Below, in pieces: positions 1 to 14,389 of a stretch of DNA of 64,000 nt. The notes under the pieces were generated by a model. The model made no database searches. It was given only the letters and a program-made list of their open reading frames with translations, and was not told the origin of the DNA. The stretch comes from Bigelowiella natans CCMP2755 (Eukaryota; Protista; Cercozoa). Within the stretch, counting starts at the first letter, position 1. Each line of letters starts with the position of its first letter. The stretch covers positions 58,951 through 122,950 of the forward strand of contig ADNK01003061.1 in NCBI GenBank assembly GCA_000320545.1, given 5' to 3'. A program made the position numbers and the translations under genes.

Positions 1-1646
1 AGGGCAGGTAAATGGCTGCTCACCACTGTGCGACCGAAGGTGGGACAACATGTGGGAACGACCCCTTTTCTCTGCATTGCACATCTTGCACCTGTATCGA
101 AGATTCATCCGTCCTGAGATTACGGCATAAACACATGATTTCCAAATTAGCAAACGTTTTAAAGTCTTTGAAAATCTCATGCTATTTCAAAAAACAGAGT
201 TTCAGAACTCCAAAACAAGATCAAGTCACGAGATCAAACTTCACACTCGTAAATAGATATTTATAATCGAATTGTAAGTTTTATGTGACTTAAGTAATAT
301 TTCTCATTTAGACCTGGAGGTTTTAAGGAAAAAAAAATCTTTCTTTCATACATGTTTATAACATTGTTAACTTACATTCTATTTCATCATTACAGTCGTC
401 ATAGAAAGACCTGTTTCTTTGTTGATTCTATGCACAGCTGTCATCCCAACTCCTATCTCCAAGTTTTTGAGCTCTTCTGATTCCTGATATTCCTCATAAT
501 CTGTCACCCCAGTTGAAGTTTCAATATTGTCTTTTGCATCTTGTGCTGCTGTAGCAACAAATGGGTGGTCCGAACGAACACTGTTCACAACAGGTGTAGC
601 AGTATATGTAATCGGAGGGGGGGCTGGCACACTGGCAATGGCGTAGCTGACGTAGGTTGACTCAAATCGAGGGGCTGGCAAATTATCCTGAGTCATTGGT
701 GCAGGAAGCTGGGTAGGGATTAAATGGACAGGGGCTCCAACGATTACTGGATGACGAGGATGTTCTCTATCTTGGGGGGGGGGAGGAGCACGAACCAGTA
801 GCGTCCTTCTCCCCACTTGACGTGTTGGATTGCAATACTGAACGGGAGGTAATGGCGTTTCTCTATTGGCACGCATCACCGGAACATGTTGCACTCTTGG
901 TGTTTGATAAATCAGGGGCACTGGCGGTACCGTGCTGCTAATGCTGGAATATCCAATTGGCTCATAGTTCGGGTACAACGGGACTTCTGGCTGATAAGCT
1001 CCCACGGTCTTCGTCTCATATGGAATCGTTGGTTGTATAGCATACACAACACCTATATTGCTAATCTCGTTTTCGTAGAGAGTTTGAGATCTCAGAGGAT
1101 TTCTTGGAACAGCTGGAACAACACGAATCTGCTCGTGATGTTGTGGATAGAGACCATTTCCAGCATTAACAAGTCTCGACGATGTCGCTTTTCCGGTTAC
1201 TGTTGCATATCCGGAGCTTTCCTCTGCGTTAAATCTCTTGTCAAATTGGTTACGCACATTTCTCACGTCATTTCTTGGGATATGATAGGTGGGAGGCTGC
1301 TTCCGAGTAGTAGTAGTAGTAGTAGTAGTATCTCTGTAACCTATGAAACAAAGAATACAAGGTCGAACCTTGCAATCAATCTTGCAACCAAACCAGCTTT
1401 ACCTCTCCTCTGTTTTTGATTTTCGCTATTACTGGGGACACATTCTCGTCGCCGCCTTTTCCTACTATCCGAAGTACTAAAACCTGTACCACATCAAACG
1501 CTGATGCCTAATGTTTATTATCCACATGTCTGGTTACTACCTAAGCCAATCTGATGACTTTCAGGAATTTCTCTGGAAACTTCTGTGCCATGGCATTTAG
1601 CATCTACTTCCCGCTTGACCACATGCTCTCTAAGGCCGGTGGACAT
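1..1646 (-). CDS. C2H2 (Kruppel-type) zinc-finger protein with Pro-rich N-terminal region; 3' end outside window
   Basis: Exon 113..1 reads GRMNLRYRCKMCNAEKRGRSHMLSHLRSHSGEQPFTCP (C-x2-C-x12-H-x3-H plus a TGEKP-like linker). It joins in phase to the Pro-rich ORF 379..1266 through intron 410..114 (GAAACAG|gtcttt...ctcag|GA). Further phase-compatible exons lie at ~1400-1484 and ~1542-1646. The start codon is uncertain. Confidence 0.8.
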
Positions 1647-2396
1647 GGTATTCTCATCACACACCTTCGCTCGCTTCTTTAGATCTAGTAGAGGTATACC
1701 CAGTTCCAAAAATCAACAGGATTTTATACGTGAGACAACAAATATAATTCAAGAACATTGATCAAACAGAGACCACTGGAGCAAGAGTGTGTCTTACCCA
1801 CGGACGTAACTCGCGATGAAAGACAGCACTTTATAAGCGGTCCATTTAGTACGATTTACAATTACATCCCTAATACATGATAAAAAAAGTTTATATTTCT
1901 GCATAGAATATCTCCAAGAGTGCTAACTTTGTGAGATATAACGTATCTAGGTTTCTCCTCTCACGGTTACGAAGAAGCTAAAAATCGCTTTCATTAACCA
2001 CCATATCGACGCGGCTGAAGTGGCAATTTTGGAACTCTAGCGATCTTTGGAAAAGAAAACGACCTTGAAATCTATTAACAAGGAGCGGATTTGTCATCTC
2101 GCAGAGCATGTCTGTGATGCGACATGATGAATCTTTGGTTCAAATGAACGGACCAGTAGGGTGATCAGCAAAGTTAGATTCTTTCCGAAATCGGCGTGCA
2201 AAATACATTTACGCCAAAAAGATTTAACAAAAGCACAATTCCCCACATCGTTTCTGAGGTCTACGCCCTACCGGTCTACCGGTACGCATTACCTCGTAGC
2301 ATTTCTGCAAACGATAGAATAAAGAGAATGCGACAATTATTTTTCATTGTCGCTATCATCTAATTTAAACGATATCAAGTATTGTCGTCACTAAAA

Positions 2397-2791
2397 ATGG
2401 ACCTCATTTGTTGGGAGAGGGAGATGTCGCTCTTGGGAATTGCCGAATCAATCTACTTCCCTACCCCTACGCTCCACACCCTTCCTTCCACCAATGGACA
2501 ATCGGCTCTGTTTCAAGTCTTCTCTTTTCTCATAACTGCGACCAAATTGATAATTCTAAGCGCCACCGTGATCCATCTATTCATATTTATATGCGCTATT
2601 CTTACAACCACAAAAGGGATGCAATCGAGAGGTTCTTCATCGCCAGCATTATATACACCCTTTTTCGTTGCCAAAATGCTTGCTGTGCAGTTCATGAACA
2701 TGAAATCTCATTCATTAACAAATTTCAATTTTACCATTCCTGAATATGATAAACATACTTCTGTAAATCTTTTATGTGCTACGTGCGAGAC

Positions 2792-2841
<50 letters not shown>

Positions 2842-4647
2842 TTGTGTGTGTCGATAAGCAAATACGAACAAATATGTGTGAAGGTACAAAACGATTGCAC
2901 GCTTCAGTCAGCTGTCATGTTGGAGAGGAAGGAAAAGCTAACGAAAAGAATATTAGAAAACTTACTCGTCATTACCCCAACCGCCCTGCAAATTTCTTGG
3001 GCAAATTGCCGTCGTCTATTCCTGCTTCATATGGTTCTGAGAGCACCACGCCATCAATAGAAGGAAGAACGTCTGAGAAAAGTGCGAAAGTGATAACAAA
3101 TAGCAGACTAGGTAAGAGGAAGAATACTAATGAAGAAAGGGCCAAGAAGAAAAACCTAGCAACTACTACTTCCATCCCACTGCCAAAGCTGAAAGATCAC
3201 TTCAAAAACATCACCTTTGTTGAGGAGGTGAATATATATCTTCCATCCTATCGAGTAGGGCTGTTGCAATTAATGATGTTTTCTCCTGTGGCCATGTGTT
3301 TATAGTAGTAGTACATCGTTACTGATTTTTACATTTGCATTATCAACGCCTATTGAGCTGCATTGTTTAAAATACCCCTTATCTGATTTTGTAGAACGTT
3401 CTCCACAAGAGTGTGAGAGCTACTATGGAATTGCTTGATGGCTGTAAGTGCAGCACAGGAATCTGCACTCAGGAAACGTAAGAAATTTTACGATGATTAA
3501 AATGTATGAACAACTAATAGAAGAAGATGCATCCACGGAAGAGTAGCGTAACTAATCAAATGGGAAAAATCGTTACCGAAACCTGACATTGGAAATACAA
3601 TCGATTGTCGCTACAATATAGTCACCATCATTAGGGTTTTGTCCTCCCGATATTATTGGTGTTGTTGTTTCTCCATAATTCGACTTTACTTAGCAGCCAT
3701 TATTTCGTAGCCATTTGTATGTACTACTCTTCTATAATGATACTTAAATTCCTCTACATTCCTTTCCTCCTTAATGCCGCTAGGTGTCCCTGCTGTCAAA
3801 CTTATGGCTATCGTGAATGCAATTCTGAATGCCGTGTACGTAGTACCTGATCCTGCCCACACATGCATGCATGCATGCGACAACAAATACTTCATTACTA
3901 AAGCCTGATGAGGGGATTTTAGATTTCGCAAAAATAGCGATTATGATCAATACGATAATCAAAAAACTGAATCAAACACATCATAAATGAATCAATTATC
4001 CCACAAATCTTATAAAGAATAAAACACATACACACATAGTTGTTCGAATAAATATGAAATGCATATATGTCTTTGTTATATTCCACTGATAACAGATATC
4101 CGTTGTGTGTATCTGCCATTATCATCATCATTTTATAGTGCCAGAGCACATGCAAGAATAAGCGTATCATCAGCCACTATATTAACCGGAAAAGAAAGCG
4201 GATAAAAAGTAGACCGATAATAAGAACGACAAAGAAAGTAGTAGTCGATGATAAAACTCAACGCCGCAGGTGAGACGTGTGTACCTACAGTAGTGTAGCA
4301 TACATAGGAGGATGAGGATGTATTATTAAAACGATATTCAATGCCTTGTTTCTCGTGTTTGTGTTGTCTGCCTTAGAGGAAGAAAGAACGTGGGTCTTGA
4401 TCAAATTCGAAGCAGTAACTATGCTGGAGAGATCCGCAACAACGCCAATGCTGCTGAAGCTGCTGTTGCTACTGCTACTACTGTTGATCATAATAATAAT
4501 GGTTATGATTGCGCCAGGGATGATGGCATCGACGATGATAATGATGATTTGGAGGTGTTTTGGCACTCAAATATGAAGCAATACGGTCTTCGCACACGAA
4601 ACGATATATCCAAAGGGACTATGATTCTAGAGTACGACGTGCCAATA

Positions 4648-4688
<41 letters not shown>

Positions 4689-6172
4689 CTACCGATTTAC
4701 TATTGTCATGGCAAACTATCTCTTTGACACTACCAGTGCACCATTACTATCCCAAACGCTAATGGCATCACAGGTGTTGCTGTGACGGGAAAGACAGCTA
4801 TTGAATATTTCCCAACATCGTCAGATGTTTTTATAGAACAAAAATGTCACAAATTTCTGATTGTGTGTTTTCGTCTTTTTGTATTGGGTGTTCAGATATT
4901 TAGGGGAGATAATCGATATCAGAGAATTTCAGGTGCGAGATAGATATATTTGCAACAACTAACCAAAAAGGTGGTGTATATAGGTGTGAGCACCGTTATT
5001 ATATTTATATTTTGCACATCAAGATAATAGTACGGTGTTATTGATGACGATTCATACCATCCCCAATTGAGGATTTTCTGCTTCTTCTATCACTCACTAC
5101 AGAAACGAGTTGTGTCATATGACCTAGAAGGAGCAAACTACCAATTAGTGGTGCGGGAGCATTTTCCTGGACCTGGGCTGACCTTGACGTAATTTTTATA
5201 CTCATTTTCAATCTTTCTGAATGATGATGATGATGATGATGCATTTTAGCGACTTTCATTTTACCCTCCATTTTCATTTTTGGAGACAAATTTTAAGACG
5301 TTTTTTTTATGTTACCACGATGGTACGGCTAAATCCATTCAATGCGGGCAGAAGTTTAAGTTTTTATCATTTCTAATTGTCCCTCTGTGGCTCTTTCTCT
5401 TACTCTACCCATCAATTTGAAAACGAATCGGCAGACTTCATTCAGCCGTTGTAACTAACTAAAGGTTATAACATCAGGCATGTGATCGATGCAACAAGAA
5501 TAGGAAATGCAGCTAGATTTATCAATCATGCTTGCGAACCTAATTTAGAGGTAAGATTAAGCCTGTTCAGACGGGGAGGGAGGGAGGGAGGGAGGGACAC
5601 ACACCATCAAGAGAATATGAGAGAGAGAATGGATTTGTCACCCACGATCAATTCCAATTTATTCAGAATTGTAAATGATCGATAACTACATTCGTCTATC
5701 GCTAGAAAAGGTTATTCTTAAATCTATACTTCTAGGTTCAACCTCTTCGTGTTGAAAGCACGATACCCCATTTTGGCCTCTTTGCGGTGAGAAATATAGT
5801 TGCTGGCGAGGTGCGACGAAATACCAAATTAATTGTCCTCGCTAATTACTTATGAGAGGAGGAGGCACTGTTGGGAGAACTCGTCCTTGATCATAACATA
5901 TCCATAACATCTGAAATTATCCTCATGGCTTTAATGTCGTCATTCGTAATTATTTGAATTTTCAGGAACTCTCTATTTCCTATGGGCCTTCTTCTTTCCC
6001 CGATGAGATCAAAGCATCTTCAAGCAGCACGCCGATGATGGAGAAAAGCTCTACATCTTCTCGAAACGGCTTACAGCTAAGAAAATGCCATTGCGGTAGC
6101 ATTAGGTGCAGAGGTTATCTTCCCTTCGATCAGGAACTCTTACCAAAAGACAAATTTAGTAATAAAACGTAG
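2397..6172 (+). CDS. SET-domain histone-lysine N-methyltransferase (pre-SET/SET/post-SET; SETMAR/SUV39-like)
   Basis: Spliced exons give a Cys-rich pre-SET (GCKCSTGIC, CPCC..YRECNSEC, C..TCKNK) and SET motifs (KQYGLRTRNDISKGTMILEY, IDATRIGNAARFINHACEPNL, FAVRNIVAGEELSISYG). A post-SET CHCGSIRCRGYLPFD precedes the stop at 6170-6172. The 5' end is uncertain. Confidence 0.88.
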
Positions 6173-6773
6173 CAGGTCGTTGAGGGTTAGTGGCTTCTTA
6201 CATGAGAACTAAACGTCCTCACTAGAAAACCAAATTGAGATCAATATAAATTTGATGTATGGTGCAAATATTGGTCGATGGTATCCACATTCTGGCTTAA
6301 CTTGACCAAAATCTAACGAAGCTGATCTACGCAATAAGCAGCATTAGCATCACTAAACGGTAGTAATCATATTCCTTATGCTAATTATCAGAACTTCAAC
6401 CACATACTTCATACCTTGCATTGTTGGCAAATGATAAGGTGTGAGATTTGGTCATACCAAATATACCGGGGGAGGGCGACTTTTGAGGCCAAGATTGGAC
6501 TGGATCAAAGGCTTAAAGGTTCTCTGTAATAAGCACTTTCAACGGTTTCGACAACACCGAGTAGAATGACAGGCATAATGAGAAGAACTGTATGTGGAAG
6601 TAATGTTGGCGGCCGGTACCGTATTCAGGGACTGTTGTGATAAGATGGATCAAATTGTGCGAATATGCGAACCAATCTTTCCGAGCCTTGTCTTCGCCTA
6701 TGTATGTGCCGCGCAACGTACTAACAAATATGTAAGCGCTCTGCTTCCTCCACAATTCACACACACACACACA

Positions 6774-6806
<33 letters not shown>

Positions 6807-6869
6807 GTACATGCTGCAAACAGCGTCAAGTGCTAGATTGACCGCATTGCAGTATTCGATCATTTGCAC

Positions 6870-7200
6870 GTCTCTAGCTAGCTAGGCCTAGCTAACTTAC
6901 GCGTGTCGCCCATCTAGCCGTCATCGATCACATTAATGATGCGCTTGTTGATCAAGGCAATCTAGCAACGTGTGCACATTCATGGCATGCAACACACTTT
7001 TCAAAAAAATCACACTTCAAGCTAGCAAGCGACTGATGAAAATTCGATTGAAATTCGACATGAAGCACAATTCGTGCTCGCCCACGCACATTTGTTAGAT
7101 CTACACATTGTCATCATGAACAGCCTTTTCATTGTGAAGGGCCTCTCTCAGAACGAACTTGACGTCTGCCTGGGACAAAACACGCATAAAGAAGGATATT
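6870..7200. other. Small TpA-depleted, CTAG-containing intergenic island
   Basis: Begins ctctagctagctaggcctagct. There are few TpA outside CTAG, and the stretch is rich in CA/TG. It lies between the 3' ends of the SET (+) and Maf (-) genes. Confidence 0.65.
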
Positions 7201-7338
7201 TAGGTAAGATTACTTGCTAGTTTGGCGCATAGCTTGCTCTATCTCAAGGTACGAAAATGTGGACGCATATAAAAAACACAGGCAAAGGATATAAATATTG
7301 TTTCAGTTGATTTGCAGCATTACTCATTCATTTAAGCG

Positions 7339-7906
7339 TCATAAGACGAAAACCCAACGCATACTTAAGAATTTCTAAATTACACGACGATACACAGCAA
7401 CAGCTTACTTGCTGGTACTACCTTGCATAGTCCCATAATGGAATCTTTAGTTCCTTCTATACTAATAATATATGGACTAACGAGGGGATCCTATCATTAT
7501 TTGTTACAACAACACAATTAAAATCAGTGCACTCTTCTTGACAGTCATCTTTTTTGTATAATCCTTATTCCCAAAATCATGAAATCAAAGAGAAGCTATG
7601 TAAACGTTATCGCGCTCGTGTTGCAAGACTACGGCATCATCACCATCATATCAGTGAAACATGCACTCATGGTGTTTTGCAGTACCCATCGCTACTAGTA
7701 CTAATACTACTACTACTTCAAATATGGTAAAGGCTGTATATATCTAAATCAGGGGATAATTAGGGTCATTTATTGTAACCTCCACACGCAATCCCCCTGC
7801 GGAATGAAAGATCTAATCGAAACAGGAGATGGAGTCATAAATAATGATAAAAGACCTAAGGAAGTGCTGGTAATATGAATAGAGAACTAAAGAAATCCCC
7901 CTGCTT

Positions 7907-7951
<45 letters not shown>

Positions 7952-8168
7952 ACTCTCATCATTTTCCTTATCTGCTTTTCTTTAAATACCTTCCCCTCCT
8001 CTATCAATTTATCAATGATTTGGTCAGGAATCTCTCGGTAGAACATCTTAGCTGTGTCGACGCGAGCCCATCGTCTTCCAGATTGGACATCCTGACAGCA
8101 GCAACAGAAGCAGCAGCGCAAGATGGTGAATGATATTTACACCATATATCTTTAGCAAAATCGTCAGG

Positions 8169-8204
<36 letters not shown>

Positions 8205-8757
8205 TGTGTATGTGTGTGGGTGTGCGTGTGTCTCGCGTTTGGTCAGATATGGAAGAGGGAAGTACTGTGAGCACAACGGATCCAACTGTTTGCGGAGGAG
8301 ATCGGGAGTATCTGTGGGCGAAGAGAGTGACGATAATGACAATAATGATAATAATAATAATAATTATAATAATAATATCGTCGAAATGAAGAGTAGCAGG
8401 CAACAAGAGCAATACAGTACGACACATGGAGACATTGAGGCTGTGTGTCTGTTGTTGCGTAACGGAGGGTCGGAGCAGAGAACAACAACAATTGATGGGA
8501 TTTTATCTCAATTGGGGTGATTTCTCCTCCACCTCTTCCTCTTCCTCTTCCTCCTCCAAGGATAGCATATCCTACCACCCTCCACCCACACACACTTTCA
8601 ACTACGACTGTTGTGCCCCTTCCGATAATTTTCCGTTTCTGATATTTTTTGTTTATAACAACCCACCCTTTGATAAAAGCTCTAGCTTCCTCATCAGACT
8701 CAGGTTTTTCCAGTATTCTGTCAATCGCGTAATTATTAAGATGAATCATGACAAAGT

Positions 8758-8792
<35 letters not shown>

Positions 8793-9738
8793 CAAACCAT
8801 TTAATCGAAATCCCTTATCCTACAACGATGTCACAAATAGAAGGGAGAACAATGCACCGAGGCATCTTCTCAGGAATCATCACAAAGTCTAGCTGAGGAT
8901 GAATAACATCAATGCGAATCGGTATCGCAGGTGACAAGAATGGCAATATAGTAGTATCTTGTGAGGATTGCTCCTTATCTGACAACCTGCCTTCATGTAC
9001 GACAACTTGGTCCCCAGTAATTAGAAATACCTACTCACAACAAGAAGGTGATGATTGATGGTCAAGATGATGATGACGATATTGTGGATATCAAAGAAAA
9101 GAATGATGTTCATGGCGAATACGGCAAAAAGGCAGTTTGGTTCAAATTGAAATTGGGAAGTATTAATGCCTTGAAAGAGACTAGACTACTGATCAACTAC
9201 TACTACACATCTGATGCGACGTTAAGTTTCTCGATTTAATGCAAAACAACTGAATGATGAGTGTAGTTTATAGCCACTGCTGCCTACCCTTCCTTTCACG
9301 TGATAATGCTTCGATGCGACCTCCTTGTATAGGCAAGCAGACCCCCACCATGACATCGTACACACCGTGCAAACGCGCAAAGATCCAACATAACAAAACT
9401 TCAGAATAGACTCCTCAGTTATGATCCAACAATGATGAAGTATGAGTGCACCACCACCCTTAGATAAGGACAAGCGTGCTCGATCTACCTTCTCTACTGC
9501 GTCTGCTTTCGCATGTCCTAGCTTTAGTACGAGATCGTGAGCCGATTTGCATCTTTTATTCAGTAAAGCATCATCATTATTGTTCCATTCGTTGCTAGCA
9601 CCATCATCTTCACCATCTTCATCATTATCATCTGATTACAAACGCTGCTTACCGAATTGCTTTCTCATCGATATTTGCAGGTAGGATTTCAAATTCATAC
9701 CTGTGTTTCTCTTAGTTAGTCTTGGAAAGCTTCAATTC

Positions 9739-9829
<91 letters not shown>

Positions 9830-10158
9830 GAAAATTGTTCGTTCGTTCGACCCACCCCATTTCGCGAAGGATGTCCTGTCGCGTCTGTAAATAATGCAAT
9901 AAATTCAACTGAATGGATAGATAACATACACCATCGTTCTAAAATACGATAATACCTGTGATTTTGATCCCAAGACGATCTTGCCAATACAATTATCGGA
10001 AGGCAGTCCGTTTTTGGAGAGCTGCTGAGCGTGTATAGGCATTATCATCATCATTGCAGCGCTGCGAATAATACCTTGCACTCTTGGCAACACACTCCCT
10101 TCGGAAACGGTGAAAAATGTGTGCTTTACGCAATAATATCTCACCAAAACCGGCAGCT

Positions 10159-10197
<39 letters not shown>

Positions 10198-10413
10198 TTA
10201 TTTAGCACCCGCATCATCCCAACAATGGTTTACCAGCATCTAATAAATACTTCTGAAACTACATCGTCCATGCAGCAGCCACTCTCAAATTACCTGCTGC
10301 GATTGAGCGATTCCATTCGGTGGAATGCAAAAGCAGGATAGCGCACACGATGTAGTAAGGGCCAAAAGAGGACTTCTACGTATAAGGCCACGAGAAACTC
10401 GAGCCGCTGCCAT
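7339..10413 (-). CDS. Maf-family (Maf/YhdE/YceF-like) nucleotide pyrophosphatase with N-terminal extension
   Basis: Exons read KIVLGSKSQ|TRQDILREMG|YEFEILPANIDEKAIR|..LVLKLGHAKADAV..|FLITGDQVVVHEGR|ILEKPESDEEARAFIKG|YSRSPPQTVGSVVLT|..EIPDQIIDKLIEEGK..CAGGLRVE|DPLVSPYIISIEGTKDSIMGLCK, the standard Maf motif order. The N-terminus MAAARVSRGLIRRSPLLALTTS is targeting-peptide-like. The last exon is uncertain. Confidence 0.88.
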
Positions 10414-11065
10414 GCTTCGGTAGCCTTGAACCCATGTTCATGTAATACATAATGAGTCGACTGTCAGACCTGTGCTACGGTTGTTTCTGACCAACCTATA
10501 ATAGATAGCATGTGTTTCATCAGCCTTGGCATTCTGGTGATGTGCTTGCGCTGCCTCCTCTCCTCCACTCGGGTAATTAATTATTGCTAGGTGCAATGAT
10601 CGAAATGCGGGCAGCTGTTACGCCGAAAAATAAAATAATTAAATCCATGGCGATGTATTTAATATGAGCGACAAGATACAGCAGTTCAAAAGCATTACAA
10701 ACCACATAGAATTTTTTCTTTCTCTAAATTTGCATTAATGTCGTAGGAAGAAATTAACATACAACAAATTCCAAAATAGGCTTTCTAAAATTAGAAATTG
10801 ATGTCGTAACGAAGAAATTGGCAATGGAGCTTTTAACTTAATAGAAGAGATAAACGGAACAGAAGATTGGCCAGTAGCTAGATCTCTTTAAGGTACTTAC
10901 CTCAGGGGGGAGGAGACGGGTGCGGGATGAAGCAACTTGGATCGTCTGCATTTTCCTTCCTTCTTGTTTTGTTTCTTAAATTTGTATTTGGGTGAGAGCT
11001 GACGACCTTTTGTCCTCCTTTCTTAATAGCGTGAGGAAAAGCAAGCCATCGAAAGTCCTAGAAAA

Positions 11066-11732
11066 ATGGCTGAAAATCCCGTGTAAGTGCTTATTGGGGG
11101 TCTTAAAAATTGACAGATTGACAGGGAATGTATTAGATACCTGTCAGCACTACCCTCACCAACCTCGTTTCGTTCTTCTGCTATACTACTACTGCTGTTA
11201 ACACAGGAATGTCGAGAAGAACAAGCAGGAAGTCAAAGATGCTAAAGAGAGCAGCGAGACCATCCAATCGGAAGATGTTCTTACTAAACTTGCAGCGGTA
11301 CGTTATGATTTTTTAATTGATCATGTAATATCATATTATGTAAATACCTACTAAGCATTTATGGAAATAGTGGCTGCCACAGCTGAATGAGTTTCTTCAA
11401 GAAAGAAGAAAGAAGATTAACCCCTCGCCACATACACGCGCGCAATATACAAACATATTTATACGCGTAGGCTTTCTCGAAAATGGACGTAAATCAAGAC
11501 GGTAGGCCATTTAGATAGTGTGCATATCAATTCATCCTAAGCGACATTCTGAGCACACACGTTGTCTGGATTATTTAGGCACCATTTCGAAGCAAGAATT
11601 CATTCAAGGAGTTCTCCAAGATAAAGAGGTATACACGTACCCGCGGTGTCAAAACTAATACACTTAATATTTTATGACGAGTACAGCGAAACATAGTGCC
11701 ACAGCAGCAGCATTCTACGTCACCTTTCTAAG

Positions 11733-11766
<34 letters not shown>

Positions 11767-12759
11767 TGTTTGGATATTCATAAAGGCACATCGTGTTTTG
11801 AAAATGTGTTGTTTCTTCTGGCATTTGTTGTTGTGACTCATTTCTTCTCAGATCCAAGCCATACTCCATATCCCCATTGAATGTAGTATTCAATTGTCTT
11901 ATCAATCGTCTCATCATATTAAACAACAGCTTCAAGATATGATAATGATACCGAAACACACGCACGGCCATGCACATAGTGCATATATATATATATATAT
12001 ATTGTTACATTATTGAATATCTGTTGTCTACTACTTTCTATCTCTCTTGTCCACAGAAACACACACACACACACACACGCACACACACACACACACACCA
12101 CAACAACCACACACGCACGTAAGTATTCTCAAACACTCAAGAGACACGTAGTACTAGTATCCCACTTGAATTTTGATAGCAAGGACCGATGTGTGTAGTG
12201 TTTTTCTCATCACTATGTCCCTCTCTACTCTCGTCATATTATTCTGAACTTAACAGTAGGACAATACATGAATTTCACTTATTATCTATGTATTTGTACT
12301 TCAACACTAACTATAATACCACTTAGTGTGGGCTACTGATGCTATAATATCTGGGCCATACGAGCATGCTATGCATGCATAATCTTAACTATATTATACA
12401 ATATGTGTGGCTGTGCGTGCGTGTGTGTGTGTGTATGTGTGTGTGTGGTTAACGCAGTCGTTGGAGAGAAATCCCCTACAGCTGAGCCTGCGTAAGTGGA
12501 TGCCATCTACTAGCATGATTAGCTACGTCATGATGATTTCAACATCTTAAGAAAACTACTCATGCGAGGAGGAGATCCGACTGTTTTCATCCTATTACAC
12601 ATAGATATTACGTAGATTCCTACATACATTGAACCTCTGCACAACAGCAGCAGCAGTACACCTACCTTATAAGGACATTAGAAGAATATTTACTACTAGT
12701 AATACTTATTGCGAGGATGTGGTGCATTACTACATCTTCCAGTTGTAATAAAGCACACA

Positions 12760-12808
<49 letters not shown>

Positions 12809-13693
12809 GAGTGAAGAATATTATCACTCAAGCATCTAGCACTAGTAGTTCCTTTCCATATGAATCAACTATATTAACTCTTACGAATCACTTAACAACA
12901 TTTTAATAGGCAAGGAAAGCATGGAGAGAGGCGAGGAAGCCTTAAAATGCGTGATAAAGACTTAAAGCGCCGTGCTACAAGAACCCGTAACCTTGGAATT
13001 GCTCTCAAATACTTCAAAAAACTGGACATGGTGCTTGTGTTGATGATGTTGTTGTTGTTGTTGTTGATGATGATGATGATGGACTATTTGCAAGAGAAAT
13101 AACGAATTACTGGTAGTGTGAGTACTAGTAGTTTTTGATGGCTTTCCTGTTCAAAGTAGCCGTGTCTGTCCTCCTCCTTGAATAGATTCTGCTGCTGCTC
13201 TTATACTCTACTATTACCATCTTCACCACATTATTTGCCATCATGAAACGATGATATTGTTAGCAGTTGTTGTGGATTGTCAGTTGGTGTTTGGTCGTGT
13301 ATTTTTTTGGTTCCTCTACGATCTTTCTTGCTGCTGTTTTCACCTCGTATTGCGAATATTGGTCAGGGATGGTGATGATACAAACATACTAATACTCAGG
13401 ATAACTCCGGGGCTATTGATGTAAATGAGTTCAGTACTTTCTTCCAGTCCAAAGGTAGTACTACTACTAATATTATTATTATTAATAATAAAAGTAATAA
13501 TAACAGGTCATTCAATCAAAACGCTGCCAATGTCCCCCCCCCAAATTAGACCATCCTCATGTGTGTGTGTGTGTGTGTGTGCGTGCGTGTGTGTAGATCT
13601 GGAAGATTTGATCGAGAATGCTATTGAGAAGGAGGATAATATCGTCACAGAGGTAAGATGTTCAGTCATACAGCAGTAAATAAGCACGCTATA

Positions 13694-13728
<35 letters not shown>

Positions 13729-14120
13729 TGTGTGGTATGCACACTTATGTAAATGCGTTGTGTATTGTGTGTTGTGAGCAGAATCTATCGAAGGAAGATG
13801 CTAACATGTTGCGTCAGTTTTTCAATTTCCTTGACTCCGATCAAAGGTAGTAATAGTAGCACTGCTACCACCACCACTACTACTACATGAGTTGGCATCA
13901 TCTAGAAAGGATGGTGGATGGATGATAACTCCTCACCAGAGAAGTATCAATGTTACATCAGAAATTGCCCCTCTTGCTTCTCCTCCTCTTCCTCCTCATA
14001 TGCAGGACAAACAACATGAGTATAACGTAGTTGACAGACACCATTTTCTCTTCTCGGGATTTAACTATTTATGCATGTTTGTTGCTGTTCTATAGCTAGA
14101 TTCTTGCTTTAAGTAATATG

Positions 14121-14151
<31 letters not shown>

Positions 14152-14258
14152 GTTACTACGACTCTGACAAAAGACGACTGATTGATATGGCTGCTATTTC
14201 AACACTAGCGGTTTGGTATCTTACATCGAGCTGTGTGAAGGCCTTGGACCGCAACTTG

Positions 14259-14294
<36 letters not shown>

Positions 14295-14351
14295 ACAGTA
14301 GCAGTAGGAGTGCTTGTAGTAGTAGTAGTATGCTATGTTATGTCTCTTGAA

Positions 14352-14389
<38 letters not shown>

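Noticed and set aside
2397-6172. SET methyltransferase, Maf or TENT4-like genes as the machinery for the hypermutation
   Set aside because: These are ordinary widespread eukaryotic genes, and proximity in a eukaryotic genome is not evidence. No deaminase or DNA methyltransferase was seen in the window. No mariner transposase follows the SET domain, so it is not a SETMAR fusion.
8722-8985. Apparent long insertion in the Maf domain after GDQVVVHEGR
   Set aside because: It is better explained as an intron: GGCAG|gttgtc...gacag|AATACTGGAAAAACCT restores the canonical HEGRILEKP.
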